IMG/VR virus record: IMGVR_UViG_3300044846_002992 | Coordinates: 1-55,054 of that record | DNA length: 55,054 bases | Strand: one strand, 5' to 3' | Source: a virus | Taxonomy: Duplodnaviria; Caudoviricetes | Shown: positions 30,201 to 37,370 of the stretch, piece by piece | Position numbering within the stretch: position 1 is the stretch's first letter | Layout: each line of letters begins with the position of its first letter | Translations under genes and position numbers: made by a program | Notes under the pieces: generated by a model | Told to the model about the DNA's origin: nothing | The model's database searches: none | The model's input: only the letters and a program-made list of their open reading frames with translations

Positions 30201-32670
30201 GTGTTTGAGGTTCCGCTGCGGGCAATTCTTCTGCTGGAGCAGCCTCGGCTTCAGCCTCTTCGGCAAAAGCAACCTTGCCACCATTGGCAAATGATGATGC
30301 CCATGCGGCATCTCCTGGCTTCTGACCAACTTGAGCGCTACCCTTCATCACGACAAAGCCTTTCGGGGTTTTCGTGACGGTGATGACATCGGGACCGCTG
30401 CCTGACGTGACAACAGCACCATCAGGCAAGCCTTCAAGCTCGGCGACAATCTGGGGCCTTGCGGAATCAAACGCGCCTTGCTCGTTGCGGTCGAAAGCAG
30501 TGATGGTTCCTCCGTCCTCAATGATGGAGGGCTTGGCAGCAGGGGGCTCCGCCCCTGGAATGTCGTCGTCCGCAGCATCATCGGGCACGTCCTTCATGTC
30601 TGCCTGGAACAGCTCTGCAGCAATCGGACGATTGCGCTTCAGACTTGCCTCGGAGGCTGGTCCAATCTGACCAGTTGCGCGGTTGATTGCGCGCCCGGTC
30701 GAACGAGGGGCCAAAGCATTCTGGAAGAAGATGACGTCCTGTTCTGGGTTTCCAGGGTCCTGTGCCAAGCTCCAAACTCCGGTCTCTCCAGACGCGGAAG
30801 GAGCGTTAAACCAAATCTTGCCACTTTCCGGCGGGCCAAACACAGCCTCGGCGATGCTCTGGAAAGTCGAGTCTTTCGCCCCAAGCTGGATGGACTGGCC
30901 AGAAGAAGAGGGGAGAGCGACTGGAGCTGGAGTGAATACTGGAGCTGGAGTAGCCGCAGAAGGCACAATACCAGCGTTGATTACAGCGGTGGGCTGGACA
31001 GCCGCGGCGGTTCGCGCGAGACCATGTGCAGCAAGATCGCGCTCAAGACCAGGGAATGACTGGATAGACTTACTGATCACATCAATAGACCCGCCCAGCA
31101 TGGCACCAATGCCAGCGGCCTCACGGGCACCATCCCAAGCGTCCGCGATGTTCATGCCTGGATCGAAGTTGACGAAGGCCTGTGCCCATTCGTCAGCGCC
31201 TTCTTCCAGGCCCTCCCCAACAATGCCCTTCAGGAGATCCTTGGTAAATTTATACACCACTTTGCCAGCAGCCATCTTGGCACCATCAGCACCAGTCTTG
31301 CCAGCCTGAAGGGCGATTGCCTTGATGAAGTCTTTCACCGTGACATCTGCCGCAGCCTTGCCAGCCATGGTGGATTCCACACCACCCAGGCCCATCATCA
31401 TGAAGGCTCCGGTGATGAGGGACGTGGACACCCCAGCGCGCCGCGCCAAGGCCTCCGCCTCCTCGCGGGTCTTGCCTTGCGCGATGGCGTCAGAGTAAGT
31501 CAAACCCGCAGACTGCCCACCAGCAAGCAGCGTGGCCGATACAAGCCCGGTTGTTCTCGCGCCAGAGGCCGTTTTGGTGACAGCGCCACCAATACCGCCA
31601 GCGCCTCTTGTCAACAAAACATGCGTTAGTAGCGATGGGGCTTCATGGAGAATCACTTCAAAAACACGCCCAGCGCCTGAGCCTCGGGCCTCTTCGCCTT
31701 GACCAAGCGACGAAGTCTCCGACTGATCAGCCGCCCAATTGGACAGCGTGTCAGAATTGAACACACCTCCAAGGAGTCCACCGACAGTGGCATTGATCTT
31801 AGCGCCGCCAACCATAACGTCGCCAGCCGCCCTCGCGCCAGTGCCAGCCTTGTCAACCACCTGCTTCTTGAACTCACTGACAAACGCAGGGGTCCCGAAT
31901 TCATCCAGTTTGCCGTACTTGATGGCCCAATCAATTGGATCCTCCATTGGAGTGCCTTTGGCCATAACCGCAAACTCCTCAAGCTTGCGCGCGGCAATCT
32001 CGATCTGCTGGTCCTTGAGTCTTGCGCGGAACTCAGCCTTGCGCTCGGGAGATGTTGGCATCGCCTCAATCATCGCCTCGGCCTTCTTGTCATCCAGCCA
32101 GTCGGCATTCTTCTGGTTGGCAATGATGTGTCCATCAGAGAGCGCGCGGCCCTGTTCTCCGGGCTCCATCTTACGGGTTAGGGCTACAAGGTCATTCCAC
32201 GCGGTCTGGACCTGCTCTGGAGTAAGGTTTTGCTCTTGAGCAAACTGCTTGAGAGCCTCATTCGTCACCTGATTGTGAGAGAATCCGGGGCGGTCAGTGG
32301 TCCTGTAGCCAGAGGCCTGTGCAGCAAGCGTTGCGCCCGCCTTAATAGAGTCCAACATGCCGCCAGCGATGTCACCAATAGCATCAAAAAAGCCGCTATC
32401 ATTCGGGTCATCGGCCTTGAGCTGCTGCATCTGAGGGGCATCCCAATTGCCATCTGGAGCAAGTCGAATACTCTTGTCTGCTGCGTAGTTGGAAGCGCTA
32501 CCAAACGACTCCAACAGACCAGCCGCGGAGAGCTTGTCCTGAAGGGCCAGATAAGCTGGCTTCTGCATTCCATAGACAGGTGCCTCAGAGGCCTCGTCCA
32601 CCGGAATACCCCACAACGAATCGGACGCGGGCGCGTCGTCCACTGGAATGCCCCAAGTGCTCTCGTTCAT
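18268..32670 (-). CDS. giant (4800 aa) internal virion / ejection-type polyvalent protein
   Basis: Last gene of the structural operon. N-terminal WGIPVD repeat, a Gly/Ala-rich hydrophobic segment with EGLEEG, a degenerate zincin-like YEELVH, and a helical C-terminus. Confidence 0.75.
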   Translation of the reverse strand: MNESTWGIPVDDAPASDSLWGIPVDEASEAPVYGMQKPAYLALQDKLSAAGLLESFGSASNYAADKSIRLAPDGNWDAPQMQQLKADDPNDSGFFDAIGDIAGGMLDSIKAGATLAAQASGYRTTDRPGFSHNQVTNEALKQFAQEQNLTPEQVQTAWNDLVALTRKMEPGEQGRALSDGHIIANQKNADWLDDKKAEAMIEAMPTSPERKAEFRARLKDQQIEIAARKLEEFAVMAKGTPMEDPIDWAIKYGKLDEFGTPAFVSEFKKQVVDKAGTGARAAGDVMVGGAKINATVGGLLGGVFNSDTLSNWAADQSETSSLGQGEEARGSGAGRVFEVILHEAPSLLTHVLLTRGAGGIGGAVTKTASGARTTGLVSATLLAGGQSAGLTYSDAIAQGKTREEAEALARRAGVSTSLITGAFMMMGLGGVESTMAGKAAADVTVKDFIKAIALQAGKTGADGAKMAAGKVVYKFTKDLLKGIVGEGLEEGADEWAQAFVNFDPGMNIADAWDGAREAAGIGAMLGGSIDVISKSIQSFPGLERDLAAHGLARTAAAVQPTAVINAGIVPSAATPAPVFTPAPVALPSSSGQSIQLGAKDSTFQSIAEAVFGPPESGKIWFNAPSASGETGVWSLAQDPGNPEQDVIFFQNALAPRSTGRAINRATGQIGPASEASLKRNRPIAAELFQADMKDVPDDAADDDIPGAEPPAAKPSIIEDGGTITAFDRNEQGAFDSARPQIVAELEGLPDGAVVTSGSGPDVITVTKTPKGFVVMKGSAQVGQKPGDAAWASSFANGGKVAFAEEAEAEAAPAEELPAAEPQTPQPDEDEIEGQGQAEGQMPEPVTQESEPASAPEVEAAPEPEPAVEATPPAEAPPANETIEERFARLRRERAAAKGGLKTATTAPVATVATDASVVLSSSDKSKLLTASKKHGKDSGRSVMYSGAEGDLDVTAEVGGLVLGVNKDNKVESAHIVVNREVGKDGRIRYDLAEVTSQVGTSGQFDANTFGSKVFSAISRYTPRRHITEKAEKIAATIVESITAGKGTVSPEVIALTKEMVLAQVGSLVSDEFAAKHVTWTDDPDVTMQVNPSADGTLMIEVNPENVARSLASKYNRIAPSNKVGQYYAVQDFAEYLAQIVYEELVHIASVSEFTDDEMMDLAENLTNQSLSNPRLAKSWLTAINWRRAGFGATPFNSVDEAVRGISFEELVASSHEWMAQFRQRLVSGKTSGSVLADFGYYADNATEGSRGFLQRLREMANRLVRAVKNMLEAHRVANGLPNEIGIMLERLNKVVSEQGFLSPDVQGVGNEASRQQVVTLRGIHKFARAGARVSAAQASVRGVIGRMRAASGDPDLMPVSLVGGRLEPAPGINDAELSEALEVLNDNGRPEFIERLVEAERDLSSLLRLRNLGEPLFGLQRSRRDARDENDRPVTKLVDAVVSNTANLRQQIELAIESEAGMPAADLIAAINGTIFSRDSAVGEIVASIDELEASLLKRASTGDIALSKALTAHQDAKKAFSMMAEPVAPSAGAVDRALSVSRELVDKLTDTSVDPDLSPDELEAALDAIRAEQAVASAAVTEALDQFKKDMAEFSLSREAYLAAEKLVDDRLADVNALLQPILKSTSDTPHIKALQSLVRQIEAKRFDLAMARVNAVSSINGLDGLLDLFMRDPSRAGSLINDSLKDPTAASRTISALASAAGSHDAIARLRNFRAELAYITMGGDTPRSLWAPSTSWSGLDFRHSAKIDLMPVHIGPIAFSGGDMADSANPLIPTTGFLTSFQIDSPYGTMTISSGEGSSYDIAVGMQGGKMKSQPESMMSVVVEAVANDVMSGVDGSFEILGVNPDPFSRASINDIGEKMDSSERNSVMKGNAIAITRKLYESLTEAAWRGHPGVNTQAVNSAGFSLPITAVDTYNRSPFAPELIITPPDLALLADPSGEINFEVGPEENLAKMLDSGFLDDLVSAAAQFVSTMHDVSADQTHPLLSHRDGLTPAGLANSILAPRLVQFLASTKDLVIDGVPLRDRLKKSRGAYDRLLAGIEQASVFAAQAKALAERPTNLTFRAWELYNGVSLVNTIYKSAIRQANDRRDSMRRSASRRAEFPVDPDEMSKIEFEIDVRAQSTQEAARPKDAEFGPLQNSVMISLIRPDEPVELMKQFESISLERAALLRHGVDPENDEAVGNYYATTSADRDTASRMEEGDLTAERVRAEQNREAMQAVSLGRWRARALSALLGGNREHVYSFVNDPRFALGEGYDTDALDNEIMFRLAQGHEEHKQRGLITRFGKNLFDSRGERNTFDGALANLQASHPEAAATIEALRERGGHVQFYASATMPINPAAFHGGDDQASGHVVSAVAMMIRNIAVIDGDVPWTSSQDRGSVVAGDGVARRTGAPAQRELLLRDDRRQDRHKSEEVRGATDKIDNTQLEKMGMQGLVTQETGARIPTVLFIPDKQAPVLAFPYGSAVQVTPEDSVAALEAMLVWLHENGAVDVVKEARRITEAIRGPRNNPDSLAQAIRERLESDYELVGKTITEEEDAKIYLVAARETEKAKRSAIAAARNIGNHPAAPWFDPSVSISMAGRLSPESAAGVIALAMTNNDAKLALSLSMNVMPLGIGPIRPEAVAARGELIDDARFPGYDKFIETEERISRSLADRGKGMENVQFGDEEFDALANEFAEEVVTDGETEEGYQRRMSIVGTPSGTPVMSIRAEWANSLLHSVLDNVNPSWDSADQSNPFVDEKHAKAPRGLGALVGTNRETKLTSFEARQMLAALPDGDLRDWILGDQSDRGGWNGAGIASPSVESLLAMSGEAAERLRSYFLSVVPFTTEWQEDVAAHYKQWSFSQMGGSGQNWYEGRLKKGAFPIAQADGAVEVTNAWGKARLEIAANLPQIKRERQEQGRVVMRKLQKHDAQGRPIFVDKTGREYTGDEVEPVRIEMRIGQDERGRDQWDKAGMITGLPYSRIVGYRLKKTAAHDAAVKGAKLFRQPIQKPATFPTKWTIDENGVYVLTVPGLATGSALSTGEVFRKAQEELFHQVANHGFSHLDIQPVEQEVDSLTWQQTMIRREANKAMREIAEMETSAANAMAEAKVVSDAISELDEVRKDLLAARDMEQFREVLGRGKYLTIAEGHWADAGPLLKSHFDGASELVDAMTNSVIEQFESRSGDLLRSLRLVQAPRVNARVLSRIASPAIQNPRAESARRKADMERLNVLETRLNEARGRYKARQSRQRVAADEWAANSITYQRNPSVKDETAFDAYVAVMNGGKAPHVMTDVQIETSLSQLAKAFGVDALRDRIAATSPGNGLTRTPVIIESKQAAIAAESRRVSKLLSKAEANFKRLHQEAQAARAAGEAAENLATKESANESLFRAVMAMGRARSKFNQVVDAYTTFVGERMGMRLMSTELRMGNNALDSLDDALASIASIQAHATRMSTTTGVRRTAEAAAALEAAEGLATYDPSNGLSSLEFSGVEPNREIQIPDEALPQIVSALISKTMSPDEKRQAIAASIHASVFPFEQQAQALTSILAQRLSDREARVDNTPDTPNALVMDVFRTLSEMESANHAAVQGLSTNTKRQIALSLSRNILQERERHKRGKAERLLSDALREEQKYIRRKQKVFAPRGMDLPSQLRYFGAADDVEALRRDHLWRAQVWEENYTRNIANSSLLDKFAANHVAARTADEQAEIVADTMTILTGEPYHVVDNQIGPVDSKPAAPRAPLKVNADGSANLRTAAHIDPQSKRDASAYMVSLNPILGFHRATSRIGNTAAELGAFDPKASVRSSTELRIASIIAALKGNMLSGSVQVQAEALMREMGSPTISTVRKIDVVANLAEAQIGSNQSAALIESGYLPSRIWTEKEKPFAEGGVFSMLMNHDGAMRKLFAKKFAAIESAEDMIGVLSYGPAGKTGINNHRAQLNEVSKLFNRKMNKIFGGRFKRAFTRASSRPDVLWESSLGYMFFAMRGYIQSGPSGSKVQDRVKTMQKMFLQALDGIEEAILAGLPPTTGATTRTDLLSMSIEKLRQKSSELKAYMTEETYRLLEQRVIVQELEKTFRDPLARMTTGSSFDVDAELLSLQATLPPRSLQWGTFVNETLNYLRESYVEQARLSGVDTKFMEGVTPMAMMWQTFGRTHSTSEQIAPLHERLGLGRAAFMQSPVRNPKHGEMHMLDTNGLTVPLRIAEDMLFRQNVTPAYEAFRATVGTTHIHDGVLAKGTDDYGYIDENASTLLPGKEDQLTDAANAIAHMGQQILRKEMASKGPKHRAMGFVQKLHQLGIVKALNSVSQLYTQTLPAVITYAMVHGGVGKNVGYMALYADYLLHRAMNGLGAPLRALTGTALPDNLASRIDRRVAEIGINVQLRKANGERDYLDDINYVRPSKGMRSRGRLAGRATNILSPVTDTVGRAGSLAMEAGSRMVQTVIGGAEKTIANTIFIDSVVRHINAAREAAGMPAKLTVKEFLEPSFSMEEVTSSVLRRSERDVADMAATADQSKKAGAFQQRETIGAEILRLGAMQLSNHQVHVAGNSMAAYSMIMNGDAQARAVGKRLLASNVIQNVLFRLVKYKVASYLIAQGIGMLTGMDEEEREDLYASFFGIDPKNPDERTMMKWVALTLGGTRPIGWSDSVGGFDESKSNQDLHQITVELGMEVLKQVPYGNIGLVASTAVGGAFGQYAMNKVVDPLIPGSPAHFERAGFTLENTDISDGSGWDNAIYTATSSLMNDLARYSLVMDGVANIVEPLTVISNAPDEVSVRDMGLLLLGGMPFTPRELQQDLNKRFVNKTGAQIWDNQWRR

Positions 32671-34151
32671 GGCTTTATGTATGGTTTGCCATCAGGGGCA
32701 ATGAATCGAACACCAGACTTCAAAGCGCCAATGCGACTTCTAGCTTCCTCTTCGGAAAGCTGGGAGAAGTCATTGGGGTCTTTAGGTGTTCGCGGAGTTG
32801 GAGTCATTTGCTTGGCTTTGAATTCTTGAGCGACATTGACGAAATCGCGAGCAGCTTGTGCCGCTGCTTTCCGTTTGGCCGCGTGGTCCTCTTCGGTCTT
32901 TGCGGCCTCAAGAGACGCAGTGATGTCAGTAAGTTTAGTAATCGGAACACCAATAGCAAGATTGACTTGGGTGATCCAGTCCTCGGCAAACCCGATGGCC
33001 TGGTCTCCATTGTCCGGCACTTTAAGCTCACTGCCACTGCCCTTCACTGGCTCGTTGAATCCCTTGAACGCATCAACCACATCCTTGTAAGAATTCCCGA
33101 GATCCGCTGCAAAGGACAGAAGCTCGTCCCTAGCAGTAATGGATTTTGAGGCTTCTTCGGTATATCGCGAGTAGCGACGAATGTTCTCCACGATCACAGC
33201 CTTGGCGGTGGCGCGTTCTTCGTCAGGGAGAGCCGTATTGGCATATACGTCAATCGCCTGACCGAGGGCTGTCCGCTCTTCGAGAGTGAGCTCCTCGCGG
33301 GCCCACGTCGGATGAGCGAGCATTGCTGGTGCAGCCCGGCTGCCACTTAGGGCCGTCATGGTGGCCTTGACGTCCGTGATAGGGACACCACTACCCAATG
33401 CTTCCTGAATGCCCGCCTCAGCGTCGAGAGAGCCATCAAGACCAAAGGCTTTGATTTTTGCGAGGTTCTCATTGGTCTCGCGGAGGTCCTGTTCAGCCTT
33501 CACTTTTAAGGCCTGCTTCACGACCGCGTCAGCATCCAGACCGAGCAGCTTGGAATTGTAGTCCATCTGCATGAGCTTCTTGGTAGCGTCCGGGTTATCC
33601 CGCATCCATTCCATGCGGTCCTCGTCTCCCATCTTCGAGACAGTGTTGTGGATGTCTTGCGCCTCCCTGGCTAGATTGCGGCTGGCGATGTCGGCGTCCG
33701 ATTCAAACATGGAGAGCGCCTTGCCACCCATGTCAACGAATTTGCTATTGGTCAGAATGGATGGATTGGCCTGGGTGTGTTGCGACATTGCCCACTTGAG
33801 ACCCTTGTCCGGGTTCTTGGCGAGAAGATCGTTCACCTGCTGCATAGCGCTAATTGCCACAACATCGTCCTGAGAGTCCTGGGTGAACTTCCTGTCCAAT
33901 TCTTGCCTCATGCTCTGAGCATTGGTAAGGTCGCGCTCTTGGTTGAGTTGGGCGGTTAGGTTGGCTCGAAACTTCAGATCGTCCTCAAGCCACTTGTATC
34001 CCGTGGCAGCATCAATGCCTGAAACGGTTGGCATGGGGTTGAGGATGTGACTAGTAATCCGCTCATCCACAGCTCGCTCGGGAGCGGTGAATTGACGTGA
34101 CACTTCCTGAACGCGGGTGCCAGATGAGCGTGACTGGAATGGAGATGACAT
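32667..34151 (-). CDS. probable internal virion (ejection) protein
   Basis: Helical composition; C-terminal LKSGVRFIAPDGKPYIKP; directly upstream of the giant gene. Start set at MSSPF. Confidence 0.6.
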   Translation of the reverse strand: MSSPFQSRSSGTRVQEVSRQFTAPERAVDERITSHILNPMPTVSGIDAATGYKWLEDDLKFRANLTAQLNQERDLTNAQSMRQELDRKFTQDSQDDVVAISAMQQVNDLLAKNPDKGLKWAMSQHTQANPSILTNSKFVDMGGKALSMFESDADIASRNLAREAQDIHNTVSKMGDEDRMEWMRDNPDATKKLMQMDYNSKLLGLDADAVVKQALKVKAEQDLRETNENLAKIKAFGLDGSLDAEAGIQEALGSGVPITDVKATMTALSGSRAAPAMLAHPTWAREELTLEERTALGQAIDVYANTALPDEERATAKAVIVENIRRYSRYTEEASKSITARDELLSFAADLGNSYKDVVDAFKGFNEPVKGSGSELKVPDNGDQAIGFAEDWITQVNLAIGVPITKLTDITASLEAAKTEEDHAAKRKAAAQAARDFVNVAQEFKAKQMTPTPRTPKDPNDFSQLSEEEARSRIGALKSGVRFIAPDGKPYIKP

Positions 34152-34155
34152 GGAT

Positions 34156-35382
34156 TCAGTAGGAGTGTCCGGTAAAATACAACCCAAGAGACTTCAGAGT
34201 TTTATTCAAAAGGGAGTCGGGGTCAGCAAAGCTAACCGGAGGCTCCATTTCATTCCAGAGCTTATTATAGGCGTCGCGCTTAGTCTTGAGCTGCTGGTCT
34301 AGTTTTTCACGAGCAATGGCGGAGGAATCAGAAAGCTGACGATCAAGAGTGGTCGCAAAATGTTTTGGTGGGCGAGTCTGAATAAGGGATTGTGATGGTG
34401 CGGACTGGCTGGCCTGAGTGCCTTGGGGGTTAAGGCTCTGAATTAGAGGGCCGATAGTAGGAATCCCCCCGCTCAAAAACGATTTACCCAAAGCATCAGA
34501 AAGTGGAGGCGACTGAAATTGAGTTGACGCAAAACCGCTACTGGGTGCTGGAGCGGGAGTTGCCGATGCTTGATAGTCAGACATCAAGGAGCTCGCCTCT
34601 GAGAAAGCGCGAAGGCGATCAGCCAATGGCGTTGAACTTTCATTCTGCCCCCCGATAGCCTGTGGGGTAGAGCCTTGAGGGAGACTGGTTGGAGTGGATG
34701 CTTGGCCAGCAGCAAAAGACGGAACCGGAAGGCCCGGCTGAGGGCTTCTCAGAAGGGAACCGGGGGCCGGAGTGGTTGAGCCGCCAGTCGCCTGAGCCCA
34801 TGTTGATGGCTGCGCTGGCGCTGCTGGAGCAGCGCTGCCTGCTGGAGCCGTAGTTGCATCACGACCCAAGTAGCGGTCAATGGCATCACGACCAACCCCG
34901 ACGCCAGCACCTCGATCATAAGCACGCTGAAGAGCCCCCTCGTCCCCAGACTGAATGAGCGCGGAGCGATTGAGATCTTGCGCGAAAGTCTGCCTGTCTC
35001 GCAAAGATCCTTGGGTCACGGCTTGAGGTTGCTGAAACGAAAGAGAGTCGCGACGATTCTCGAATTGAGACATCAGGCGGTTTTCCACAGCACCAGCCTG
35101 CCGGATTCCGCCAGAGCTAAACCCGCCCTTATCCATTTCCTGAAGCACTTGGAATGCCCCCATGGAATTGCCTGAGCGAAGCGCGTCACGATAGGCCCTG
35201 CGACCCATGCGCTCCATGCGCTTGAAGTTTTGAACGCCTTCGCGAACCCCGCGTTGTTCCGACTCGGCTTGACGCTGCTCATTGAGGGTTTTGCCTAGGC
35301 GCGAAAATCCACTTGTGCCAAAAGCGCGGCCATTCATAGGACCTGCAAAATCGGAGTTGTCTTTGGTTGGGTCCATAATCAA
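34156..35382 (-). CDS. probable internal virion protein, low complexity
   Basis: Pro/Ala/Ser/Gln-rich; position after the tail adaptor. Confidence 0.55.
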   Translation of the reverse strand: MIMDPTKDNSDFAGPMNGRAFGTSGFSRLGKTLNEQRQAESEQRGVREGVQNFKRMERMGRRAYRDALRSGNSMGAFQVLQEMDKGGFSSGGIRQAGAVENRLMSQFENRRDSLSFQQPQAVTQGSLRDRQTFAQDLNRSALIQSGDEGALQRAYDRGAGVGVGRDAIDRYLGRDATTAPAGSAAPAAPAQPSTWAQATGGSTTPAPGSLLRSPQPGLPVPSFAAGQASTPTSLPQGSTPQAIGGQNESSTPLADRLRAFSEASSLMSDYQASATPAPAPSSGFASTQFQSPPLSDALGKSFLSGGIPTIGPLIQSLNPQGTQASQSAPSQSLIQTRPPKHFATTLDRQLSDSSAIAREKLDQQLKTKRDAYNKLWNEMEPPVSFADPDSLLNKTLKSLGLYFTGHSY

Positions 35383-36068
35383 GCGAAGTTGGTGCGGGAG
35401 CGTCTGCGAACAGGTTGAAATAGGAGGGGCTTAAACACCTCGTTGGCGAGACCCCTATATGCTTTTTCGTGCTCATTGCAAGTGTTGATAGCCAAGCTTC
35501 TGTATTCGAGGGATTTGGCCGCATCGTTGGCTTCCTCATAAACAATGGAGAGCATCATCTGCTTGATGGCTGGAGCCGAGGGGCACAACACGGCTGACCA
35601 GTCACTAGCGTAAGAGGTGATGGCTGCAAATCGGCAAAGGGCGTCCACCTCATTGATTGACGCGTCGCTCACCTTGTAGGTGCGAAAACGAGTGATGACA
35701 TCGTCCGACTCATCAGAGGTTGATTGATCCTCAAGAGCGTCAGTCCATCCTTGGTCCACAAGACGAGCGGAGCAGCCCTCAATGCTGATTTCTCCAGGTC
35801 CACCCTCAAGGTATTCAGTTTCCTGCCAAACAATGCCTTGAGGCATTCCACCAACTCGGCAGCCAACAATCGACTCGTATTCCTCTGGGAGCACAATGAG
35901 GCCATCATCACTTGGAGAGAAGGAGTCGGGCTTTCGAGTCCAGTGCCAACGCCCTGAAGCGAGAAGGCGCTCGTCAGCCTCAAGGAGAAGGCGCTCAAAC
36001 TCCGCATCGTCGCCCGGAGCCACCAAGTCCTGGTAGCGCTGCTTCAGGGAGTGAACGGTGAGAGGCAT
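35379..36068 (-). CDS. head-tail adaptor / tail tubular protein A-like
   Basis: LLEADERLL..RWHW..LPEEYESI pattern; size and position fit this role. Confidence 0.55.
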   Translation of the reverse strand: MPLTVHSLKQRYQDLVAPGDDAEFERLLLEADERLLASGRWHWTRKPDSFSPSDDGLIVLPEEYESIVGCRVGGMPQGIVWQETEYLEGGPGEISIEGCSARLVDQGWTDALEDQSTSDESDDVITRFRTYKVSDASINEVDALCRFAAITSYASDWSAVLCPSAPAIKQMMLSIVYEEANDAAKSLEYRSLAINTCNEHEKAYRGLANEVFKPLLFQPVRRRSRTNFA

Positions 36069-36071
36069 GGC

Positions 36072-37370
36072 TTATAGAGGAGTGTTTTCACGCGAAGCGC
36101 AAGTCCCATCTTTTGTTGACGCAACAGACCAACCAAATCCTCGCTGTGTGTGCTGGCCCTCACGCTTCTCCTTGTCCTCGCTCCACAAGCGACCGGGTGC
36201 CTCGCGGAGGATGGAGGCTGCCATTTCCGAGCCCCAGCAAGACTCGATTCCAGCCGTGAGGGAGTTGGTATCGTGCATGGCGATGACTGGGGTTTTCAGA
36301 GCAAGGGCCGTCGCCAAATCAGCAAGGGCGGGCCAGCGATGATCGCCGTCAATGAAGACCAAATCAGCCTCGATGCGGGCCTCCCAGTAGGGCTTGAGGT
36401 GAACGGTGATTCGGTCTTTGGCTTTGCATGCGTCAATGCGGGCTTGGAGCGCTGGGGTGATGTGAAGCTCAATGATGTGAAACTGCTCGATAAAGCCAGA
36501 ATCAAGAGCATCCAGAAAAGCCTGAGTGCTCACTCCGTCATGTGATCCAATTTCAACAGCGACCTTTGGTGAATGCTCCTCGATTAGAGCCTGAAGCATG
36601 AGGACGTGGCCTTCATCCATGTGCATAGGCCATTGGCTTCTGGCTGTCCTTTTCGCTGTTTGCCTTGGCTTGATCGAAATCAAATTGCGTTTCATGTTGG
36701 AGGGCGTTCTGACGAGCATTTTCGGATGAGGCGCTGAAGGAAGTCGGCGTTTGTCCAAATCGGCGAACCTGGAAGCTTTCTCTTTCCCGTAAACATGGAA
36801 CATCCATGCAGGTTTGAACTCTTTCGGAAACGAGTGCCATTTCCTGTCCAAATCCCAAATCTTCAAACCATCTCTCTCAGCAAGCATCAGCCACCAGTTG
36901 AAGTGATTTTGCTCCATGATGCCCTCGATGTAAGGCTCCTCAATCACGCGAAGAAGTCGCTTCGCCGCATCCCTGTCCACCACCCAAATCCCAGCATTGC
37001 GGTAGTTGCCGCCATTGTCAGGCTCTTCGCCGAAGTGCTCAATGCACCAAGGAATCCAGTAGGGGTTATTCACTCGTCTGGCATGGCACCTTGCGTGCAT
37101 TCCGGGCCCAAAGTGGGGAAAGGGGGCTTCCGGGTGAACGAGGACATCCGCATCCACATACATCATCTGATCGGAGTCTCCACGAATGAACGCCCTGAGC
37201 ATGTCCACCTCGCAAAACTTCACGTCCGGGTATCCCTTCTCAAGGGCTGTTTCATCGGTCCAAATATGCCTCTCCAAGCCGTGGCGTTTACACCACGCAT
37301 CAAGAGTTTTGGAGCACCTCTCCATCCAAAACGGGTTGCCGAAGCGAATGGTGTGAACCTCCACCTTCAT
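36072..37370 (-). CDS. GT-A glycosyltransferase fused to a class I SAM methyltransferase
   Basis: GT motifs YVDADVLV, NAGIWVVD and EQNHFN; MTase motifs VEIGSHDGVST, DLVFIDGDH and MHDT. Start at MKVEV (ATGA overlap). Confidence 0.85.
   Translation of the reverse strand: MKVEVHTIRFGNPFWMERCSKTLDAWCKRHGLERHIWTDETALEKGYPDVKFCEVDMLRAFIRGDSDQMMYVDADVLVHPEAPFPHFGPGMHARCHARRVNNPYWIPWCIEHFGEEPDNGGNYRNAGIWVVDRDAAKRLLRVIEEPYIEGIMEQNHFNWWLMLAERDGLKIWDLDRKWHSFPKEFKPAWMFHVYGKEKASRFADLDKRRLPSAPHPKMLVRTPSNMKRNLISIKPRQTAKRTARSQWPMHMDEGHVLMLQALIEEHSPKVAVEIGSHDGVSTQAFLDALDSGFIEQFHIIELHITPALQARIDACKAKDRITVHLKPYWEARIEADLVFIDGDHRWPALADLATALALKTPVIAMHDTNSLTAGIESCWGSEMAASILREAPGRLWSEDKEKREGQHTQRGFGWSVASTKDGTCASRENTPL

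Noticed and set aside
30817-30840. GPPESGKI in the giant protein as a Walker A motif
   Set aside because: It lacks the S/T after K, and no Walker B context was seen.
18284-32829. Many + strand ORFs up to 426 aa opposite the giant gene (e.g. 20743-21939, 24961-26241)
   Set aside because: Antisense shadows of a GC-biased coding strand, with no recognisable motifs.
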